Source: an uncultured bacterium
GTDB taxonomy: Bacteria; Bacillota_I; Bacilli_A; Erysipelotrichales; Erysipelotrichaceae
Reading direction: 5' to 3'
DNA length: 64,000 nt
Assembly (NCBI GenBank): GCA_903847945.1
Contig: CAINEY010000021.1
Location: forward strand, 19,501 to 83,500
The position numbers were made by a program, and so were the translations under genes. Shown here piece by piece: positions 56,624 to 64,000 of this stretch (position 1 is its first letter; each line of letters starts with the position of its first letter). The notes below the pieces were generated by a model that did not search any database, had not been told where the DNA came from, and saw only the letters and a list, made by a program, of their open reading frames with translations.

Positions 56624-57262
56624 ATGAAACTGATTCGCTTGCGCTATACACGCTGGTTCAATATCCTGCGCGATGGGATTTCCCGTAAGAATCCGATCGT
56701 CGTGACGGTCTTGGGGATCTGCAGTTCGCTGGCTATTACGAATAAAGTCGAAAATGCGATCACGATGGGCTTAGGGGTGACCTTTGTCACCATGATGTCC
56801 TCGGCGGTCATTGCGGCTATCCGTAACATCATCCCCTCCAAGGTACGCATGATTGCCTACATGGTTATCATTTCCACCTTGACCATTGCCTTCCAGTTGG
56901 TCTTGGCAGCGTATCTGCCGGCCATCAATAAGGCATTAGGCGCTTACGTCGGCCTCATCATCACCAACTGCATCGTCATGGGTCGTGCGGAAGCCTTCGC
57001 CGTAAAGAATCCGGTCCGCTACTCCTTGATCGATGGTTTCGCCTCCGGAATGGGCTACACCTTCGTTCTTCTGATGGCGTCCGTCATCCGTGAGATCCTG
57101 GCGTTTGGTACCCTCTTCAACATCCAGATCATGCCGGACACCTTCCCGACCTGGGCTGTTATGGCCTTGGCTCCGGGCGGATTCTTCGTGATCAGCCTGT
57201 TTGTTTGGGGCATCCGCGAATTTATCCGTTACTACGAATCCCCGGAAGGAGAAGTTGACTAA
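56624..57262 (+). CDS. RnfE/NqrD-family membrane subunit
   Basis: NPIVVTVLGICSSLA..GLIITNCIVMGRAEAFA. Confidence 0.9.
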   Translation: MKLIRLRYTRWFNILRDGISRKNPIVVTVLGICSSLAITNKVENAITMGLGVTFVTMMSSAVIAAIRNIIPSKVRMIAYMVIISTLTIAFQLVLAAYLPAINKALGAYVGLIITNCIVMGRAEAFAVKNPVRYSLIDGFASGMGYTFVLLMASVIREILAFGTLFNIQIMPDTFPTWAVMALAPGGFFVISLFVWGIREFIRYYESPEGEVD

Positions 57263-57837
57263 TGGACCTCACCCAACTCTTTATCTCTTCCTTGTTGACC
57301 AACAACATCGCCTTGGCCATGATCCTGGGGATGTGTCCCTTGATCGCCATTTCCACCAACGTCAAGAACGCCGTGGGAATGGGTGCTGCCGTCGTCTTCG
57401 TGGTCACCCTCACCGGCATCATCAACTGGCCGATCTATCAGCTGTTGGTGGCGACGAATACGCAAAACCTGGCCCTCTTGGTGTTCATCATCACGATCGC
57501 GGCCGTGGTTCAATTCCTTGAGATCTTCATGGAGAAAAACCTGCCGGCGCTCTATACGTCGTTTGGGATCTTCCTACCGTTGATCACCGTCAACTGCGTG
57601 GTCTTGGCGGTTTCCTTGTTCTTTGTCAATCGCGGGTATGACTTCGCTCAAACCGCGGTCTTCTCCTTCGGTTCGTCCTTGGGTTGGCTCTTGGCCATCT
57701 TCCTGGTCGCCGGCATTCGTCAGAAAGTCTTTGCGATCAGTGACGTTCCGCGCGGACTGGTTGGTAAAGGCATCGTCTTTGTCATTATGGGCATCCTGTC
57801 ATTGGCCTTTATCGGCTTCACAGGCCTGAAATTCTAG
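57262..57837 (+). CDS. RnfA/NqrE-family membrane subunit
   Basis: NNIALAMILGMCPLIA..GIFLPLITVNCVVL. TAATG overlap. Confidence 0.9.
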   Translation: MDLTQLFISSLLTNNIALAMILGMCPLIAISTNVKNAVGMGAAVVFVVTLTGIINWPIYQLLVATNTQNLALLVFIITIAAVVQFLEIFMEKNLPALYTSFGIFLPLITVNCVVLAVSLFFVNRGYDFAQTAVFSFGSSLGWLLAIFLVAGIRQKVFAISDVPRGLVGKGIVFVIMGILSLAFIGFTGLKF

Positions 57838-57847
57838 GAGGACCCCC

Positions 57848-58930
57848 ATGAACATCTACACTCCGATTATCTTAGTTGGCGTTCTGGTCATCATCACCCT
57901 CTTCATCATCCTCTTGGATAAGATGATGGGCGGTGGAAGCATGAAGAAGATCGTCATCAACGATGAACAAGTCATCGAAGTCGTCAATGAAGATACCGTC
58001 TTGGCGACCTTAGCTCAACACAAGATCTATGTGCCCTCTGCGTGTGGCGGTAAAGCCACCTGCGGGACCTGTAAGTTCCGCTTACTGGAAGGCGACACCA
58101 CGATCAAACCGACTGAAGAACCTTTTCTGAACGCTGCCGAGCGTGAAAACGGGACCCGTTTATCCTGTCAGCACAAAGTTCAGGGAGACATGAAGATTGC
58201 CCTTCCCGAAGAACTGTTGAGTGCTCAGGAATTCAAAACGGTGGTAGACAAAGTCGAAGACTTGACCTACGACATCAAACTGGTTCGCTTCAAACTCATT
58301 GAACCCAAAACCATCAGCTTCAAACCGGGCCAATACGCCCAGATCCGTGTTCCTGGTGTTGAAGTCATGCGGGCCTACTCCATGGCTTCCAATCCGGCCA
58401 TTACCGATTCCATCGAACTGATCATTCGTATGGTCCCCAACGGAACCGCCACGACTTTCGTGCACAAAGCACTCGAAGTCGGCGACAAAATCATCGTTCA
58501 GGGACCTTTCGGAAACTTCTTCCTGCGTGAAGACAGTAACCGTGAAATGATCTGCATCGCCGGTGGATCCGGGAAAGCCCCGATCCGCTCGATCTTGCAC
58601 TACCTGCGCGATCAAGGCATGCCTCGAAAAGTGAAATATTTCTTTGGAGCCAAGACCACCAAGGATCTCTTCTACACCGAAGAATTCCAAGCCCTTCAAA
58701 AAGAATTCCCCAACTTCACCTACATTCCGGCCCTCTCGGAACCCAAACCCGAAGAGAACTGGACCGGTGAGATAGGTCTCATCACGGATGTGGTGGACCG
58801 CTTGGTGGGTGATCTCTCCGAAGCGGAAGGCTACCTCTGCGGTTCTCCGGGCATGATCAACGCCTGCATCAAGGTGCTCAAAAAGCACGGGATGACCGAC
58901 GATAACACGCTCTACGATAAATTCTCTTAA
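57848..58930 (+). CDS. nqrF: NqrF-like NADH-oxidising subunit (TM anchor, plant-type 2Fe-2S, FAD/NAD(P)-binding FNR-like module)
   Basis: SACGGKATCGTC..RLSCQ, RAYSMAS, GGSGKAP, and ALSEPKPEENWTGEIGLITDV, which closely resembles Vibrio NqrF as I recall it. Confidence 0.9.
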   Translation: MNIYTPIILVGVLVIITLFIILLDKMMGGGSMKKIVINDEQVIEVVNEDTVLATLAQHKIYVPSACGGKATCGTCKFRLLEGDTTIKPTEEPFLNAAERENGTRLSCQHKVQGDMKIALPEELLSAQEFKTVVDKVEDLTYDIKLVRFKLIEPKTISFKPGQYAQIRVPGVEVMRAYSMASNPAITDSIELIIRMVPNGTATTFVHKALEVGDKIIVQGPFGNFFLREDSNREMICIAGGSGKAPIRSILHYLRDQGMPRKVKYFFGAKTTKDLFYTEEFQALQKEFPNFTYIPALSEPKPEENWTGEIGLITDVVDRLVGDLSEAEGYLCGSPGMINACIKVLKKHGMTDDNTLYDKFS

Positions 58931-58936
58931 GACAAA

Positions 58937-58962
58937 CGCACGGTTAAGCCGTGCGCTTTTTT
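58937..58962. terminator. Bidirectional intrinsic terminator
   Basis: CGCACGG-TTAAG-CCGTGCG followed by TTTTTT. Confidence 0.75.
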
Positions 58963-59828
58963 AACTGTGCCAGTAAGATTCCAGATGCCACCAAGGCGAT
59001 GCCGAGGAGTTGAAGCGGAGAGAGGGTCTCACCCAGAAAGAGATACGCCAGGATCGCCACTTGGATCAGCATCGTGTTGTTGATGAGGTTGGACTCGAGA
59101 GCGCTTAATGATCGCAAAGCCAGATTCCATAAGGTAAAGGCCAACGCCGAGTTGATCAAACCTAACCATAGAAGGGCTCCCCAATTGATTAGACTCAAGC
59201 TGGGAAATCCACTGATCGGTAGACTGATCAACAAAAGTGTCACACTTCCAAAACCCATACTGATCAAGGTTACACTGTAGGCATCCAAAGTATGACGCTG
59301 ATTGAGTTTGCGTCCCAAGAGGGCACTGAAGGCGTTGACGACGAGTCCGAATCCAGCCACCAACAACCCCGGTACTGATTGACTCAATCCGGTGTAAGGG
59401 TAGAAGTACAGAGCGATGCCACCTAAGAAGATTCCGATTCCGAGAAACTGTCGGTGGGTTGGTCGCTCGTTGAGCAGTCGCCAACCCAAAAGAGCGACCA
59501 GGAGGGGTGTAAAACTGAGCACCAGCGAGACACTGACCGCCGGGAGCATCGATAACGCCAGAAACTGAGCTCCTTGCGTCAAGGTAATAAAGACCAAGCC
59601 ATACAAAGCCAAAGGTATCCAATCCGATTGGTCGAGCTGTTGAAGACGCTTCAATCGACCCGTGAGAGCTCCAACAACCAACAGTCCAATAAACGCAATC
59701 GCATATCGTAACCCCGCAAACGCTAAGGGTGGAATGTCCGATAAACCGAATTTGATCAGGATCCAGGAGCTGGACCATAAAAACGTAACGATCAGGGCCA
59801 AGATGAGGGCAAATTTACGGGAGTTCAT
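58944..59828 (-). CDS. EamA/DMT-family transporter
   Basis: 10 TM helices in two EamA repeats (LWSSSWILIKFG..). I chose ATG 59828; there is no SD and TATAAT lies 6 nt upstream. Confidence 0.85.
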   Translation of the reverse strand: MNSRKFALILALIVTFLWSSSWILIKFGLSDIPPLAFAGLRYAIAFIGLLVVGALTGRLKRLQQLDQSDWIPLALYGLVFITLTQGAQFLALSMLPAVSVSLVLSFTPLLVALLGWRLLNERPTHRQFLGIGIFLGGIALYFYPYTGLSQSVPGLLVAGFGLVVNAFSALLGRKLNQRHTLDAYSVTLISMGFGSVTLLLISLPISGFPSLSLINWGALLWLGLINSALAFTLWNLALRSLSALESNLINNTMLIQVAILAYLFLGETLSPLQLLGIALVASGILLAQLKKRTA

Positions 59829-59877
59829 AGCGAAATTATATCGTAATTTCACGATAATTGTATGATACACTTAGAGT

Positions 59878-60546
59878 ATGAAATTTGTTGCGCTATCGTA
59901 TGACGACGCAACCCTGGCGGATGAACGCCTCATTGCCTTACTGAACCAGTATGGGATGAAAGCAACGCTGCATCTCAATGCAGGGCTTTATCGTGCTCTG
60001 CATCCCTTCAAAAACGGCTCCCAACTTCGTTTACCGCTCAATGTGATGCGCAACCTCTACAAACAGCACGAAGTCGCAGCCCATGGCTTTACGCATCCCG
60101 ATTTAACGGGACTGACCCGTGAACAGATCGATGCGGAACTCAATCAAGACATTACCCTCTTGAATCGGGATTTCAAACAGAGAACCATTGGATTTGCCTA
60201 TCCCTATGGAACCTACACGCCTCGGGTCGTGGACCGGGTCAAAGCCAGCGGATTGTTGTATGCGCGAACCATCAAGAACACGCATCGGTTTACCTTGCCG
60301 AAGAATCCCTTGCGCTTACATCCCACCTGTCACGACAACGATCCAATGTTTCCGGCGCTCATTGAGAAGTTTCTGGCCTTACAGGAGAGTGAAGATGCTT
60401 TGTTTATCATCTGGGGCCATTCCTATGAGTTCGATGTGGAACAACGGTGGGGCAGCTTCGAAGAGAACCTGAAGCGTTTATCCCGTAAAAAAGGGATCCA
60501 TTACGGAACCCTCAGTCAAGCCCTAAAAGCCTTCAAAATAATCTAA
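59878..60546 (+). CDS. Polysaccharide deacetylase (NodB-homology) family protein
   Basis: LSYDDA (TFDDG-like) and HGFTHPDL motifs. Confidence 0.8.
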   Translation: MKFVALSYDDATLADERLIALLNQYGMKATLHLNAGLYRALHPFKNGSQLRLPLNVMRNLYKQHEVAAHGFTHPDLTGLTREQIDAELNQDITLLNRDFKQRTIGFAYPYGTYTPRVVDRVKASGLLYARTIKNTHRFTLPKNPLRLHPTCHDNDPMFPALIEKFLALQESEDALFIIWGHSYEFDVEQRWGSFEENLKRLSRKKGIHYGTLSQALKAFKII

Positions 60547-60568
60547 AACGAGCTGTCGCTCGTTTTTT
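60545..60568. terminator. Bidirectional intrinsic terminator
   Basis: AAAACGAGC-TGTC-GCTCGTTTT. Confidence 0.8.
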
Positions 60569-61043
60569 ACTGCGTTTTGATCTTACAGGTTGAGTGTTCG
60601 ATTTCCCACAGTGTCCATCCGATGCCGATCGCAATCAGGGCCAAGGACATCAGTTTGTAGGGATAACCGGCCAACGGAAGGGTCATGACGGAGAAAGCAA
60701 TCCCGAAACTGGCGAAGAAAGCAATGACACACGGGGTACACCCATAGGTCAAGATTCCAAAGAAGACCGAGGCATAACTTAAGTTCGAACTGACACTCTC
60801 TTTGCCTTTGAGCGCTGCCATCGCTGTGGAGAGATTCAACATCATCGCCGATCCCAGAGCCATGACGACATTGGTGACTCCATTGAGGATCACCAGACCT
60901 AAGCCGTACTGTTGAGCCATTTGCGTGATCGGTAAATTCAGATTATCGATCATGGCGTAAAGAATCATGAAAACGATGAAGAGACCTGTGCCTTGGAGAA
61001 TCAGTTTTTTGGTTTTGAGTAAGGATAATGCTTGGTGGATCAT
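60567..61043 (-). CDS. Polytopic membrane protein with an intramembrane CxxC, function unknown
   Basis: 158 aa with 4-5 TM helices and the YGCTPCVIAFF motif. There is no SD, and TATACT lies 6 nt upstream of the ATG. Confidence 0.5.
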   Translation of the reverse strand: MIHQALSLLKTKKLILQGTGLFIVFMILYAMIDNLNLPITQMAQQYGLGLVILNGVTNVVMALGSAMMLNLSTAMAALKGKESVSSNLSYASVFFGILTYGCTPCVIAFFASFGIAFSVMTLPLAGYPYKLMSLALIAIGIGWTLWEIEHSTCKIKTQ

Positions 61044-61049
61044 GGGTTT

Positions 61050-62571
<1,522 letters not shown>

Positions 62572-62573
<2 letters not shown>

Positions 62574-62599
62574 CGACCGCAAAAGCGGTCGTTTTGTTT
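62572..62599 (+). terminator. Intrinsic terminator
   Basis: AACGACCGC-AAAA-GCGGTCGTT followed by TTGTTT. Confidence 0.75.
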
Positions 62600-62715
62600 C
62601 GAGGGATTAACAAAACGCTAACTAAGGCTCAACAGATCCTTTTCGGTCCTGGATTATACTTAGGGTATCCGGGATCCTCCTGCCTTCTTCATTCCCGGAT
62701 TCCCTTGGAGGTACC

Positions 62716-63387
62716 ATGACACGGATGATCCCGCTGTCGTTTGGATTATTGACGCTACCGCGTGATGTCGGGGGTTATCCAACCCGTGATGGACGTCGCG
62801 TAGCGTGGGGCAAATTGTTGCTACGAACCGGTGAAGCCGGTTTGACCCGTGTTGAAGCCCGACAATTGGATCAGCACGGGATCACCACGCACATTGAATT
62901 GCGATTCAGTGATGATGGAGTACCTTTTCCCCCCGTTGATTTTCATTTGAGTCATGCCCGTTCTGTCGTCGTGGCTACCGCTTATCCGGATCTTGAAACA
63001 GATAGTCTACGGAAGACTTCGTTGATCGAAACTGAAAAAGCTGTCATCAAACACCTCGTCATGGCGATTACCGATGCACCAGAGGGAACCATTCTGATTA
63101 GTGGCCATCAAGAAGAGTATTTGGAGTGGCTGAGTGTGATGCTATTAGGGTTATTGGGTGTGGTTGACCATGCCCTTATCGAACACACGGCGCTCAATGA
63201 TGTAGCCCTCCTGCGCATTCAAAGTGGCTGGGATGAGCACCGAATGATCAATCACGTATGGGATCACGCGGCCTCAGCACTGACCACCCTTCGTCACGAA
63301 TACCACTCGTTTGAAGCCTACGCCAAAGTGATTGGATTATCGCATTTGGACTTGGTTCGACTTAAAAATCGATTGTTGGAAGACTGA
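62716..63387 (+). CDS. Tyrosine-phosphatase-like (Y_phosphatase3-type) protein with a degenerate catalytic loop
   Basis: The N-terminus LPRDVGGYPTRDGRRVAWGKLL.RTG..GITTHIELR matches the NFRDLGGY..DGR..RSG..DLR pattern. The HCxxGKDRTG position reads SGHQEEYLEW. Confidence 0.6.
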   Translation: MTRMIPLSFGLLTLPRDVGGYPTRDGRRVAWGKLLLRTGEAGLTRVEARQLDQHGITTHIELRFSDDGVPFPPVDFHLSHARSVVVATAYPDLETDSLRKTSLIETEKAVIKHLVMAITDAPEGTILISGHQEEYLEWLSVMLLGLLGVVDHALIEHTALNDVALLRIQSGWDEHRMINHVWDHAASALTTLRHEYHSFEAYAKVIGLSHLDLVRLKNRLLED

Positions 63388-63439
63388 ACCAACATATAAA
63401 TTCTGTGTTAATCTAGTGTAGAAAGAATTGAGGTGGACG

Positions 63440-63877
63440 ATGAAGAAAGGGTTGTTGATCACCAGCATCCTCATTATTCTGCTGGTGGCCGTTTTGGGGT
63501 CTTATGTTTTGAATCAGTGCTACACGCTTGCCATCGAGCGCAACTGGTCGATCCAATTGCCGCGTTCCTATGATGAACTTTATGGGATTGACAGTGGTCA
63601 GAGTTTTCTGGGTGATGGAGAACGCTTCTATGTCTTTGAGTACCGCGATAATCATGATGTGATCGCCGCACTTTCGTGGAAAAATGGACCGAATGCCGAC
63701 ATTGAAGAATCCATCTCTAAAATTCTGAAATCGTTAGGGGCTTCCGCAACCTTCACGCCAGACTTCAAATCGGAATATCTGTACAGCACTGTTGTGCGCT
63801 CCGACGGATACTCTACGCTCTATTTAGTTTTTTTCGAAAGCACCCACCGATTATATCTGATTGAGTCGATATTCTAA
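63440..63877 (+). CDS. Membrane-anchored/secreted hypothetical protein
   Basis: MKKGLLITSILIILLVAVLGSY anchor and a GAGGTGG RBS. I recognise no family. Confidence 0.5.
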   Translation: MKKGLLITSILIILLVAVLGSYVLNQCYTLAIERNWSIQLPRSYDELYGIDSGQSFLGDGERFYVFEYRDNHDVIAALSWKNGPNADIEESISKILKSLGASATFTPDFKSEYLYSTVVRSDGYSTLYLVFFESTHRLYLIESIF

Positions 63878-63910
63878 AAATCGACATTAGCATTGACACG
63901 TGATTACTAT

Positions 63911-63943
63911 AAAAAGCATTGAACGTCAGGTTCAATGCTTTTT
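63911..63943. terminator. Bidirectional intrinsic terminator
   Basis: AAAAAGCATTGAAC-GTCAG-GTTCAATGCTTTTT has a 14-bp stem. Confidence 0.8.
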
Positions 63944-63952
63944 GTTTGAGAG

Positions 63953-64000
63953 TTAAGCTTTGTTCTTTTTGAAGAGCCAGTAGATAACACCGACTCCCAC
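63953..64000 (-). CDS. Last 15 codons of a minus-strand gene that continues beyond the window
   Basis: An open frame runs to the window edge, ending ..VGVGVIYWLFKKNKA-stop, directly after the bidirectional terminator. Confidence 0.3.
   Translation of the reverse strand: MGVGVIYWLFKKNKA

Noticed and set aside
59029-59778. A 249-aa ORF overlaps the EamA transporter gene on the same strand in another frame.
   Set aside because: The EamA frame gives a coherent 10-TM DMT protein. The alternative frame gives an Arg/Gly/Ser-rich sequence that I cannot assign to any family and has no RBS.

Overview
This is a densely coding 64-kb chromosomal window that looks like it comes from a Gram-positive (Bacillota-like) bacterium. 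That placement is inferred from GGAGG-type ribosome-binding sites, a CIRCE-controlled groES-groEL, GlpP, two DegV paralogs and PTS components. I call about 75 CDS on both strands, many of them translationally coupled through ATGA or 8-nt overlaps, and many GC-stem/T-run terminators, often bidirectional. I recognised no rRNA, tRNA, CRISPR array, transposase, integrase or prophage genes.

Content from left to right:
- DegV, a TetR regulator, an MMPL transporter and a heptad-repeat exported protein
- acylphosphatase, a RIC/ScdA di-iron repair protein and a PatB/MalY-type C-S lyase
- an overlapping c-di-GMP pair (GAF-GGDEF cyclase and a 5TMR-LYT/PAS/degenerate-GGDEF/HD-GYP protein)
- rhodanese, then a GNAT-sulfotransferase-antiporter operon
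- an ArsR, HMA and P1B-ATPase metal module
- an FMN reductase and an Opu-type ABC transporter followed by an alpha/beta hydrolase
- a MarR and extradiol-dioxygenase-like operon
- an MFS transporter and a galactitol-family PTS with a PRD regulator
- an AMP-ligase and E2-like acyltransferase pair, divergent from a PadR, 4Fe-4S membrane protein and interrupted serine hydrolase
- udp, groESL, zupT, a HAD hydrolase, a methyltransferase, an Fpg-like protein and a nitroreductase
- a glycerol-3-phosphate oxidoreductase operon ending in glpP
- IMPase, DUF1836-DegV, MgtC-YhhN and Rrf2-DUF4395
- a LuxR regulator with a dead GGDEF domain
- a five-gene Rnf/Nqr-hybrid operon
- an EamA transporter, a deacetylase, a GH1 phospho-beta-glucosidase and a degenerate Tyr-phosphatase-like protein

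The most interesting observations:
- The self-contained NqrBCDEF-like operon has no NqrA/RnfC/RnfB partner.
- An 18-bp palindrome (TATCTT-N6-AAGATA) links the MarR/dioxygenase operon to a distant FMN reductase.
- The AMP-ligase plus atypical E2/CAT-fold acyltransferase module lies next to a perfect 9-1-9 palindrome.
- A recurrent '-10 hexamer + 6 nt + ATG' pattern suggests leaderless mRNAs.

All family assignments come from motif recognition by eye. No database search was run.
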